From: a virus
Lineage: Duplodnaviria; Caudoviricetes
Direction: 5' to 3' (one strand)
IMG/VR virus record: IMGVR_UViG_3300026270_000023
Coordinates: 1-28,131 of that record
Length of the DNA stretch: 28,131 nt
Shown: positions 8,101 through 16,622 of the stretch, piece after piece
How the letters are laid out: each line of letters opens with the position of its first letter
Numbering within the stretch: the stretch's first letter is position 1
The notes under the pieces: generated by a model
What the model was told of the DNA's origin: nothing
Seen by the model: the letters and a program-made list of their open reading frames with translations, nothing else
The model's database searches: none
Made by a program: the position numbers and the translations under genes

Positions 8101-10950
8101 CAGGATGGTGTTTTCTATCTCTATGTTCTTAATAGTGGAAACGCTATCACTAGTGAATTTGTCAATTCTAAGTATAGTCAGAAGGTTACAAATCTCTATC
8201 CACAATTAGATAGAGACAATGTAGATGATAACCCAACATCAGCAGTCAGTCTTGCAAAGAGAAATCCAATCGGTGAGGTCGTTACTAACGATCTGAAGAG
8301 AAGTATTACTAGAGAAAGTCTTGATAAGTTTGTTGATTCATTCTCTCTTGGTAATAAGATTACTAGTGTTGTTGACAGTGGTGCTTCTGCCGTAATCGTA
8401 TTTGATGATGAACACCAACTGAATGGATTAAATTCTTACTTAACATTAAATGGTGGATCTGGTCATACTGATGGAGATTACTTCAATGTAAGACTGTTTA
8501 ATAATAATGCTGCCCCAGGCAATGCAATGTGGGATGGCGCAACTGCTGATGTTACTGTTAGTGGCGGTGCTGTTACTGCTGCAACTATCAAAGAACCTGG
8601 ATCTGGATATACTGATTCAGAGACACTTTACTTTGACTCTAGTGCTATCGGTGGAACTCCATCAGCAAATGTAGTAACTGCATTGTCTGGTATTTCCACA
8701 GCAACAGCAGACTATGTTCAAATTACTGGTGTTGGTACTGCAACTGATGGATACTACAGAATTACTGATTCTAGTGCCAAGCAACAATTAACAATTGCAA
8801 AGACTGTAAATGACCCTGTTATTATTTCAGGTCAGTATGCAATGGTTGTTGGTAGAGTTGGTATCGTTGCTCTTAATGGTGTAACTACACCTACCGCTGG
8901 GATTCAACAGATTGCCACTACTGAAGGGCACGGACTTGTTGTTGGTAACAAAGTAAGACTTACTGATGGTTCAAATGGTCTTGTTGGTGACTTCATTGTC
9001 AATAATGCCACTTATGATACTTTCCAAGTTTCTTCTACTGCATCACTCTCTGCCACAAAACACGTTCTGAAGCATGGATTCTCTGCTAATAATGCAAGTG
9101 CTGATGCATTAGGTGAGAATCTTGGAACTAGAGGTGTTCCAAATTATGATAATGACGTATTATTCTTGGGTCAATCTATCACAACTGAGGAGAACTTCAT
9201 TGCAAGTCTCCCTAGTAGTAGTGGAGCAACTAATCCAAGTGAGGTGATTGCAAGATTCCCACTTGGATCTTATCTCCAGATTGGTAATGAAATTATGAGA
9301 GTTAAATCTAAAACTCTCATTGGTGGTGGTAATAATGAGATTCAGGTCATTCGTGGTTCTATGGGAACCATCATTGAACCACATACAAACGGTGCTCAGA
9401 TTAAGAAGATTAAGTTAGCTCCTATTGAACTTCGTAGACCATCTATTCTTCGTGCTTCTGGTCATACATTTGAATATCTTGGTTACGGTCCTGGTAACTA
9501 CTCTACTGGTCTTCCACAAGTTCAAGTTAAGACACTCAGTGAGAAAGAAGAATTCCTATCTCAAGCACAAGAAACTTCTTGTGGTACTGTTCTCTATACA
9601 GGTATGGATAGTGACGGTGATTTCTATATTGGAAACACCAAGTATTCTGCACAGTCTGGTGAGCAAACCACATTTGATGTTCCAACACCAACTGTAACTG
9701 GTGAAGATCCTAACAGACTCTCTGTTGTATTTGACGAAGTTATTGTTAAGGAGAGAATCCTGGTTGAGGGTGGTAAGTCTAAGCAGATCCTTTCACAGTT
9801 TGACGGTCCTATCACCTTCAACGGTGATGTAAGAATGAATCAGAAGTTGGTTCTGAATAATGATCTCAGAGTTATTGGTAATGTAGATTTCCAAAATAGT
9901 AATGATGCAACTTCTTGCACAGACGCAAATGCTGCATTAAGAGTTCAGGGTGGTGCTGCAATCGGCAAGAAACTGTTTGTTTGCGGTGATGTTGATTTTG
10001 GTAGTAACTTAGTAGTTGATGGCACCTCTAAATTAACTGGAGAAGTCACTGTTGATACTGGTATTGTACCTGATACTGATGAGGGTGCATATCTTGGAAC
10101 AGCAGCATTACCATTCTCTGGGGCACATATCGGTGAGATTAGAATCGCTGACATTGATGATAGGAGGATTGACACTGTTACTGGTAATCTAGTTCTCGAT
10201 TCTGCTAATGGAATTGTTGATGTTAACGATTCTCTTGATGTTGGTAATAATGCTGTTATTCGTGCCACTGCTACTTCTAATAGTGCTTCCACAGGTGCTT
10301 TACAGGTAATCAATGGTGGTGCTGGAATTGCTAGAGATTTATATGTCGGTGGTACTATCATTGGTGCTGGTGGTCTCTCCCTCACGGGCACTGCTAGTTT
10401 TGCTAATAATACTGTTACGATTACAAGTAACACAGTCACTGCCAATACTTTCAACGGCACTGCTGATAAATCAAACGAAATTTTTGTTAATGGTTTAGGA
10501 AATTCTTCCGGTCCACATTACTTCTTGATGCAACAGGGAACTGCTCCTGGAGGTCATTATACACAAGCAAGAGTTGATTCTGGTATAAGATACAATTCCG
10601 CATCTAATACTCTTGAAGTTGCTGGTGATATTATTGCGTTTGTATCTGATGATCGCCTAAAAACTGATAGACAACCTCTTGTTGGTGCTCTTGATAAAGT
10701 TTGCTCCTTAAATGGATTTACATTCAAATTCAACGATGTTGCTGAAAGTTTAGGATTTAATACAGAACAAACTCACGTTGGTGTATCTGCACAGGAAGTT
10801 CAACAAGTTCTACCTGAAGCAGTACATACTGCACCTGTCAGTGAAGAATATATTACTGTCCAATATGATAAGATTGTTCCGCTTCTAATTGAAGCAATCA
10901 AGGAACTTTCTGATAAGGTCTCTAATTTAGAGAAGAAACTAAATAACTAA
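5116..10950 (+). CDS. Large virion structural/tail fibre protein with C-terminal S74 intramolecular chaperone
   Basis: N-terminal ILYVNP..GNSLTKPFKTIQRA motif; repeated T..H.L..G..[IV].[IL] beta modules; C-terminal SDDRLK..GVSAQEVQQVLPEAV..VQYDKIVPLLIEAIKEL (from about 10645). Confidence 0.88.
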   Translation: MPLNKLENFIKNAEGRILYVNPNDLDSTDGIENQGNSLTKPFKTIQRALIESARFSYLRGEDNDIVEKTTILVFPGEHLIDNRPGYAIQDVGNNAISVAPNGAQTNAQAELTLTLNSNFDLTQEDNILYKFNSVYGGIIIPRGTSIVGLDLRKTKVRPKYVPNPTDDTVRQSAIFRITGACYFWQFTFFDGDETGLVYTDPKDFSENNRSKPVFSHHKVTCFEYADGVNLVGGYQLTDLDMYYSKIGNAFNRASGREIDQKFPSQAESFSKQRPEWEIVGAFGADPVKISDIFSGDGATPGTIVTVTTQIAHELSAGTPIKIRGISEPDYNISTKVVQVIDETRFTYALPFVRANLPAGRPAGLSIGSNASVTIETDTVSGASPYIFNVSLRSVYGMQGMHADGSKADGFRSMVVAQFTAVSLQKDDRAFVKYNETNRQWQGINYKTRSGDELSAESSNSNQVLHLSSDAVYREGWKTVHIKMSNDAVVQVVSVFAIGFHLHFLAESGGDASITNSNSNFGQFSLGAEGFKKEAFTKDDKGYVTNIIAPRSVSNTEVEVEWVQFDVSRTKSINRANRIYLLGYVAEDVPPPIISQGYRIGARVDDQVFLDADANEGKILMTNGPLNLNTNTIAGTDTSAKVYRDVTITTPVAQSPTQMVLNCTTSHDLRNGESIRIFSETGDLPEGLEEETVYFAITDEKNGTRADGMSLNGTQFQVASSKTNAEAQTPIFIPVYLGSEIRVESRVSDKEAGELGHPIQYDSATRSITNVETGVVTNETAGWFIHCENNSALFQYVIGLSNNDSEITYVKRKADDRSLDEKLYRMRYVVPKELDNTRDPVNGFILQDSSTINVRETSDFNITDIDRSDYDFDRNPRFITTCTYDNGANLITIRSDKAHNLKQNDVVIISDVASTTNGAANKEFGFNGTFTVEDIVNDKTFTVNDVDTSGITHNPGTILNDTNIRNKVLPRFKRNNNNENFYIYRTEVIKPYIKNVQDGVFYLYVLNSGNAITSEFVNSKYSQKVTNLYPQLDRDNVDDNPTSAVSLAKRNPIGEVVTNDLKRSITRESLDKFVDSFSLGNKITSVVDSGASAVIVFDDEHQLNGLNSYLTLNGGSGHTDGDYFNVRLFNNNAAPGNAMWDGATADVTVSGGAVTAATIKEPGSGYTDSETLYFDSSAIGGTPSANVVTALSGISTATADYVQITGVGTATDGYYRITDSSAKQQLTIAKTVNDPVIISGQYAMVVGRVGIVALNGVTTPTAGIQQIATTEGHGLVVGNKVRLTDGSNGLVGDFIVNNATYDTFQVSSTASLSATKHVLKHGFSANNASADALGENLGTRGVPNYDNDVLFLGQSITTEENFIASLPSSSGATNPSEVIARFPLGSYLQIGNEIMRVKSKTLIGGGNNEIQVIRGSMGTIIEPHTNGAQIKKIKLAPIELRRPSILRASGHTFEYLGYGPGNYSTGLPQVQVKTLSEKEEFLSQAQETSCGTVLYTGMDSDGDFYIGNTKYSAQSGEQTTFDVPTPTVTGEDPNRLSVVFDEVIVKERILVEGGKSKQILSQFDGPITFNGDVRMNQKLVLNNDLRVIGNVDFQNSNDATSCTDANAALRVQGGAAIGKKLFVCGDVDFGSNLVVDGTSKLTGEVTVDTGIVPDTDEGAYLGTAALPFSGAHIGEIRIADIDDRRIDTVTGNLVLDSANGIVDVNDSLDVGNNAVIRATATSNSASTGALQVINGGAGIARDLYVGGTIIGAGGLSLTGTASFANNTVTITSNTVTANTFNGTADKSNEIFVNGLGNSSGPHYFLMQQGTAPGGHYTQARVDSGIRYNSASNTLEVAGDIIAFVSDDRLKTDRQPLVGALDKVCSLNGFTFKFNDVAESLGFNTEQTHVGVSAQEVQQVLPEAVHTAPVSEEYITVQYDKIVPLLIEAIKELSDKVSNLEKKLNN
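10938..10945 (+). promoter_or_regulatory. Possible late promoter
   Basis: ACTAAATA 13 nt before the ATG at 10959. Confidence 0.5.
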
Positions 10951-10958
10951 AAAGATAT

Positions 10959-11978
10959 ATGGCATTACAAGGCTCTGGTACAATATCTTTTGGTCAAATT
11001 TCTGCAGAATTTGGTATGCCCCCTGGTAAGAACTTAGGGGCATACCGAGTTTCAGAAACTTATGGTTCAATGCAAAACTTGCCTATTGATACAGGTGTAC
11101 CACAGTCTGGTCAAATAAAGTTTAGTGATTTTTATAATAAACAACTTAATGTTGTTGTAAATTATTTTAGTGGAGGTGAAGAGCGTAGAGTTCTTGCTAG
11201 GAACAGATATAACAATGGTCCTGGAAACGGAAGAGTAAATGTTATTGGTGGTTACAGAGGTAAACCTGGAAATTCATCAGGAACTAGAGTTATTATCCAT
11301 GTAAATAAGAAACTTGGTTCCGAATACGATGGCACCCGTGGGATGAAGTGTGCATTAAGAACTGGTAATTGGGAGAGTGGAACAAATCTTGATGTTAATA
11401 TCGGTGGCAATGGTGCTTGTATTGGTGCTGCTGGTGATGGTGGAAATGGTGGAAATAGAAGTGGTGGTCCCAAAGCTGGTAAAAGAGGATCTTCTGGATT
11501 AGGTGTTGAATATCCCATTGATCTTTTTAATTATAATTTCCTCGCTGGCGGTGGCGGCGGTGGTGGTGGCGGTAGAGGGGAATCAAGAGATAGGACTGAG
11601 CGCAGGCGTAGCCGTAGACGACTTTTATGGATGAGAAGAAATAGCAGAAGGAAAAAGTACGATAGAAGAAGAAAAGGTGGCGGCGGCGGTGGCGGCGGTC
11701 AAGGATTCCCAGCTGGCGCCGGTGGTTCGGGAGCCAGTGACGGAGGTAAGAATGGTACTAGCGGTAGTCGAGGCGCTCCTGGTGCTGGTGGACAAGGTGG
11801 TTTTGATGGTGCAAAGGACGGTGCCAACGGTGGTAGTTTTGGTAATTTTGGTGGAAATGCTGATGGTGCTGGTGGCGGGCATCCAGGTAGATCTATTGTT
11901 ATTTCAGGAAGTGGAAGTGTAAATTACGTCGTACAGGGGACATTATACGGTCCAGTAGTTAATCACCCAGTATTTTGA
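10959..11978 (+). CDS. Glycine-rich gp38-like tail fibre adhesin
   Basis: MALQGSGTISFGQISAEFG..GQIKFSDFY N-terminus; polyglycine tracts; directly follows the S74-capped fibre. Confidence 0.75.
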   Translation: MALQGSGTISFGQISAEFGMPPGKNLGAYRVSETYGSMQNLPIDTGVPQSGQIKFSDFYNKQLNVVVNYFSGGEERRVLARNRYNNGPGNGRVNVIGGYRGKPGNSSGTRVIIHVNKKLGSEYDGTRGMKCALRTGNWESGTNLDVNIGGNGACIGAAGDGGNGGNRSGGPKAGKRGSSGLGVEYPIDLFNYNFLAGGGGGGGGGRGESRDRTERRRSRRRLLWMRRNSRRKKYDRRRKGGGGGGGGQGFPAGAGGSGASDGGKNGTSGSRGAPGAGGQGGFDGAKDGANGGSFGNFGGNADGAGGGHPGRSIVISGSGSVNYVVQGTLYGPVVNHPVF

Positions 11979-11984
11979 TAAATA
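11977..11984 (+). promoter_or_regulatory. T4-like late promoter
   Basis: GATAAATA upstream of the ATG at 12005. Confidence 0.7.
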
Positions 11985-12004
11985 GATAAAAATCACCATA
12001 TACG

Positions 12005-14131
12005 ATGGCGAATATAAGAAAGCAATTCAACTTTCGCAATGGCGTTCAAGTTGATGATGACAATCTGGTTGTAAGTCCCACAGGTCTGGTTGGAATTGGA
12101 ACCACCGTTCCAACCGAACTCTTACACGTCAGTGGCGGAAACGCAAGAGTCACAGGATTCTTGACTGCATCTCAACTTAGAGGTCAGACATTAACCGTTT
12201 CTGACACAGGGACGATTGAAAATATAGAGATAGGAAATACTTTAATTGGTGCTGGAATCAGTATTCGATCTGGTTTCATCACTGCAACAGATCCATCAGG
12301 GATTGTCACATATTATGGTGATGCTAGATTCCTTCAAGGACTACCAACATCACAGTGGTTAGATAAAGATGTTGGTTTAGGATTTACCAGTATCTACAAT
12401 AGAGGTTTTGTTGGTATTGCAACTGATGATCCTAGATTTACATTACAAGTTGCTGGTGGAATTAGTACAACAGCATTTCATACTGGTGTTGGTATTCATT
12501 CTAGTGGTGACATTTTTGCAACTGGTATAGTCACAGCACTCTCATATACAGGTATTGGATCAGAATTAACATTATTAAACGCTACAAACATTGAATTCGG
12601 AACTATCTCTAATGATAGATTACCTGTTCTATTAAATTCTAAATTTCCTAATGATATTTCTGTTGGTGGAACTATTACAGCATCTTCAGGATTCATTGGT
12701 GATATTATAGGTAATTTAACAGGAGACGTAACTGGTAATGTAACTGGTATTGCAACTGGCGCAGAAGGATTAGTTGGATCTCCAGATGTTATTGTTGGTA
12801 TTCTAACAGCGTCAGCAGTTGCTGCTTCAAGTTTTATAGGTGGAATTACTGGTAATGTTACTGGAACAGCAAGTACAGCAGCATCTTTGACATCTGATGC
12901 TGATGTAGATATTGATGATCTTACGGTAGGTGTTGCAACTGTTTCAAGTATTTTAAGTGCGACTAGTATTGGTGTTGGGACAGATTCTGAACTTACATCA
13001 GATATTACTATCAGAAAAACTGATACTGCTATCCTCCAATTAACAAGTGGTATCAATACCACATCTTCTAGAGAATCCCTTATTTCTATAGGTTCAACTA
13101 CTTCTTTAGTAGAAAATAGTGGTGGAATCAGATATAGCAATGCTAGTGCAGGATACCCATATAGTTTATATGAGTCATTAGATCTTATCAACTTCGGAAA
13201 TGGTAATATAAACTATTATCTACAAGGAGGAATAGTTGGACCTGGAACTGGCAATTTCAACTGGCATCATACAGGTGCGAATAACCTTATGTCCCTCACT
13301 TATGAGGGTAATTTAGGAGTTGGTAAAACTAATCCAACTGCAAAATTAGAAGTTACTGGACTTACTAGTACATCAGACTTATTCGTACAGAATAATGTTC
13401 AAGTTAGTGGAAGTATTGCAGTAGATGGTAACATCTCCGTACCTGGAACTGGTTCTTCAATCACTGCTAGAGAAATCTTTATTGAAAATGGTTCAGCAGG
13501 ACTTCTCAATTCTGATGGAACACCAATTATTCCAGCATCAGGACAAAATTTCACTCAAGTTAACCTTACAGGAATCTCTACTGCTGTAGATTTTAATGTA
13601 GATGGCAGACTTACTGTCGATGATGATCCTTCGACTGGTGGTGGTCTTTCTCTGAACCCAATCACATATCGTGAAGTTCCATATGCAGCAATGCAAATAG
13701 GTCATCCTCTCGACCTTAATACTGGAGAACCATTAGGAATTGGTACTACTGCGGTAATTGATCAAGACTCTGTAAGTGGTGTTACTTTATTGGATGGTGG
13801 TAAAGTTGGTATTGGTACAACTGCAATAGATGATTTTGCTCTCACAGTTTATGGAGATGCTGTCATCGAGCGCCTCTCAATAGGTTCTGGAGTAACTGAT
13901 ACAGCAAACACTGGTGCTCTTAATGTTGTAGGACCAATTATTGTTGCTGACGGTTATATAGACCCCAGTAGTGGTGTAGGTGGTGCAGACATTAGAACGG
14001 TTGGAATTGTAACAGCACAAATGGGATTTATGACTGGTGCTGGTACAACAGGTGTTCATATTGATGTTAATGGAAGTGTAATTACTTTCAGTGTTCCTGG
14101 CGTTGGTACTACTACTTTAACGTTGTTCTAA
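12005..14131 (+). CDS. Tail fibre/virion structural protein
   Basis: Repeated VGIGT..P...L.V.G and G[ND][VL]TG motifs typical of cyanophage fibres. Confidence 0.8.
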   Translation: MANIRKQFNFRNGVQVDDDNLVVSPTGLVGIGTTVPTELLHVSGGNARVTGFLTASQLRGQTLTVSDTGTIENIEIGNTLIGAGISIRSGFITATDPSGIVTYYGDARFLQGLPTSQWLDKDVGLGFTSIYNRGFVGIATDDPRFTLQVAGGISTTAFHTGVGIHSSGDIFATGIVTALSYTGIGSELTLLNATNIEFGTISNDRLPVLLNSKFPNDISVGGTITASSGFIGDIIGNLTGDVTGNVTGIATGAEGLVGSPDVIVGILTASAVAASSFIGGITGNVTGTASTAASLTSDADVDIDDLTVGVATVSSILSATSIGVGTDSELTSDITIRKTDTAILQLTSGINTTSSRESLISIGSTTSLVENSGGIRYSNASAGYPYSLYESLDLINFGNGNINYYLQGGIVGPGTGNFNWHHTGANNLMSLTYEGNLGVGKTNPTAKLEVTGLTSTSDLFVQNNVQVSGSIAVDGNISVPGTGSSITAREIFIENGSAGLLNSDGTPIIPASGQNFTQVNLTGISTAVDFNVDGRLTVDDDPSTGGGLSLNPITYREVPYAAMQIGHPLDLNTGEPLGIGTTAVIDQDSVSGVTLLDGGKVGIGTTAIDDFALTVYGDAVIERLSIGSGVTDTANTGALNVVGPIIVADGYIDPSSGVGGADIRTVGIVTAQMGFMTGAGTTGVHIDVNGSVITFSVPGVGTTTLTLF

Positions 14132-14152
14132 TCTTATCATATTAAGCGGGGC

Positions 14153-14181
14153 TTGACAATAACCTAAATCATGATTAGAAT
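14153..14181 (+). promoter_or_regulatory. Sigma70-type promoter
   Basis: TTGACA-17 nt-TAGAAT heading the oxygenase/halogenase cluster. Confidence 0.8.
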
Positions 14182-14201
14182 ATGTTTGTTGCTTTTGAAG
14201 A

Positions 14202-14936
14202 ATGAGCTCTAAAGAAATAAAAAGCCCTATAAATTTTATCAAAAGTGATAGTCCTAAGCAAGTTTCCACAGAAACTTTTCCCTTAGTAAGACCCACAAAC
14301 TTTGTTCGTCAAGTTTTTCCCGTTACTTATTATCATTTGTCAATAACTGACAATGATACTTTGAAGGAACTTCTTGTGAATAAAATTGTAGAAGATGCAA
14401 AGAACTTAGAGATCCCAGAGGGTTGGTTAACTAATAAGTTAATGACATCATTTGATGGAGAACCAAGAGGAAAAGAAATATTTTTTGGTGAAGATGATAC
14501 ATATCAAAAGGTACTAGAAAAAATATATGGTGCTTGTGTAAATGCCGTATTTGATGCACCCTATAAGATTGATATTGATGAAATATGGTATAATGTCTAT
14601 ATGGATGGTGAATGGCAGGAAGTGCATGATCACGTTGGTGGTCCCTATGGTTCACATTATTCCTGCATTCATTTTTTATCTTTTAATCCAGAAATTCATG
14701 AACCAGTTGAATTTAGGGATCCACTTGGACAACTTCGTAATTTGAGTGTTGAGTTGGATAGAAATAATTATTCACATATCTGGAATCCACACATTAAAGA
14801 AGGAGACTTTATAATGTTTCCGTCTTATCTGTCTCATTGTGTAAAACCAGGAAAACCAACACCAGACTATCCAAGAATTACAATAGCATTTAATTTTAGA
14901 GTTTTAGATTATCAAGGAGAATCTTGGAATGATTGA
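14202..14936 (+). CDS. 2OG-Fe(II) oxygenase, TIGR02466-like
   Basis: WYNVY..G..QE.HDH; EGDFIMFPSYLSHCV..RITIAFN. Confidence 0.85.
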   Translation: MSSKEIKSPINFIKSDSPKQVSTETFPLVRPTNFVRQVFPVTYYHLSITDNDTLKELLVNKIVEDAKNLEIPEGWLTNKLMTSFDGEPRGKEIFFGEDDTYQKVLEKIYGACVNAVFDAPYKIDIDEIWYNVYMDGEWQEVHDHVGGPYGSHYSCIHFLSFNPEIHEPVEFRDPLGQLRNLSVELDRNNYSHIWNPHIKEGDFIMFPSYLSHCVKPGKPTPDYPRITIAFNFRVLDYQGESWND

Positions 14937-15501
14937 TGTAGTAGATGATTTTTTAACAAAGGAAGAACTTGACTTTGTGGTTGAGTATTGTGTTGACGCT
15001 CCTTATTATTATGGAGAAGCAGATAATGATGACACACCAGTAACAGGGTTAGTTCATAATGTCTGGTTTGATGATATGGACGAAGATGATCTTACTGGTG
15101 AAAGGATTCCAAAAAATGCTGTTGATGATTCGACCATAGACACTAAGAAATTTTATAACCTGTTTGCTAATAAAATTGCTGAGAAGTTTTCAGAGTGCGA
15201 TAAAAAGTATATTGTAAGACTGTATATCAACTGTTTTGCTCCAAGTGAAAATCCATATTTTCATTGTGATGAAGATGAGGGAGTAGATGCAAAAACATTT
15301 CTTTTCTATACTACACCAGGATATGATATTGATAATGGTGGAGAAACACAATTCCTTGTAGATGGTTCTTTTTACGGAATCCCTCCAATTCAAAATCGAT
15401 TAGTTGGATTTCCTGCAAGCATTCTACATAAAGCAACAACATTCCGAAAAGGATATCGTTTTACTGTTGCTATCAAATACAATTTTACAGAGAAAGAATG
15501 A
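14929..15501 (+). CDS. 2OG-Fe(II) oxygenase (HxD type)
   Basis: V.DDFL N-terminus; FHCD; GGETQF; NRLVGFPASILHKA..RFTVA. Confidence 0.85.
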   Translation: MIDVVDDFLTKEELDFVVEYCVDAPYYYGEADNDDTPVTGLVHNVWFDDMDEDDLTGERIPKNAVDDSTIDTKKFYNLFANKIAEKFSECDKKYIVRLYINCFAPSENPYFHCDEDEGVDAKTFLFYTTPGYDIDNGGETQFLVDGSFYGIPPIQNRLVGFPASILHKATTFRKGYRFTVAIKYNFTEKE

Positions 15502-16622
15502 CCGAAAAAATTGCTATCATTGGTGCAGGAAATGCAGGTTGTATCTCAGCACTTAATCTTCATTATCTTAAAGAAACCGAAGATTATGATGAATATGAAA
15601 TTGAAATTTATCATGATCCCACTGCACCTATTGAAAGAGTTGGTCAAGGAACTCAAATAAATGTTCTTGAAACTATCTTTGATATCCTTGATTTAGATTG
15701 GGTGCAAAAAAATTCCATTAAAGCAACAACTAAACACGGTATTCGTTATAAGGGATGGGGAAAAGAGAATCACGACTTTTTTCACCTCTTTCGTAATGGT
15801 TCTATTGCAATGCACTATGTACCAAAATTACTTTCTCAGCAGGTTTTAGATTCTGGTCTTTTTAATGTTGTTGAAAAGACCATTACTAATCCTGAAAATG
15901 AGATTGATGCAACATATATTATGGACTGTAGAGGGGGACCAGATGAGTTGGACGACTCTTATGATATTTTGACAAATCCTATCAACTCTGTAATTCTTGC
16001 TAGAAAAGAGGGTGCAAATCCAAATTTATTGTGGACAGAGCATATTGCAACACCAAATGGTTGGGTATTTGTAATTCCAAATCACGATAGTGTTTCTTAT
16101 GGTTACTTGTATAATAATACAATCACAACCAAGGAAGATGCTGAGAAAGATTTTGTAGAGAGGTTTGATGTAGAACCTAATGATTATCTATCTTTCAATA
16201 ATTATGTTGCCAAAGATATATGGCGCGGTGAGAAAACTATTTTGAATGGCAATTCGTATTCTTTTATTGAACCATTAGAAGCAGTTGCATCTACTGTTCA
16301 TCAGAATATCTCTGAATGTCTTTATGGAGTGTTGATTAATGATGCATCTAGAGAGGAAATGAATGAATCAATTTATAAAGAACTGATTCAAATTCAGGAC
16401 TTTATTCTGTGGCATTATAAAAATGGATCAATTTATGATACTCCATTCTGGAATCACGCACAATCTTTGCAATATACAAATAATAATGAACTAATAGAGC
16501 ACATTCAAAAGTGTGTAGAACTTCCCAATATTATTAACTCTGATAATCTTAGTGATGATTTTGAATATGATTGGGTGCCGCATAGTTTCAAAAATTGGTA
16601 TAATAATGTTGGTAATGCATGA
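15498..16622 (+). CDS. Flavin-dependent (tryptophan) halogenase-like protein
   Basis: GAGNAG FAD motif; ATTKHGIRYKGW (K79-equivalent); GWVFVIP (WxWxIP variant); GY.Y; FIEPLEA (E346-equivalent); DTPFW. Confidence 0.8.
   Translation: MTEKIAIIGAGNAGCISALNLHYLKETEDYDEYEIEIYHDPTAPIERVGQGTQINVLETIFDILDLDWVQKNSIKATTKHGIRYKGWGKENHDFFHLFRNGSIAMHYVPKLLSQQVLDSGLFNVVEKTITNPENEIDATYIMDCRGGPDELDDSYDILTNPINSVILARKEGANPNLLWTEHIATPNGWVFVIPNHDSVSYGYLYNNTITTKEDAEKDFVERFDVEPNDYLSFNNYVAKDIWRGEKTILNGNSYSFIEPLEAVASTVHQNISECLYGVLINDASREEMNESIYKELIQIQDFILWHYKNGSIYDTPFWNHAQSLQYTNNNELIEHIQKCVELPNIINSDNLSDDFEYDWVPHSFKNWYNNVGNA

Noticed and set aside
11710-11715. Avoidance of the PvuII site CAGCTG as support for the R-M call
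   Set aside because: At least one CAGCTG is present here, and I cannot compute site statistics by eye; specificity remains unknown
656-14131. Diversity-generating retroelement or invertible tail-fibre cassette
   Set aside because: No reverse transcriptase or invertase in the window, and I saw no template/variable repeat pair with adenine-specific mismatches
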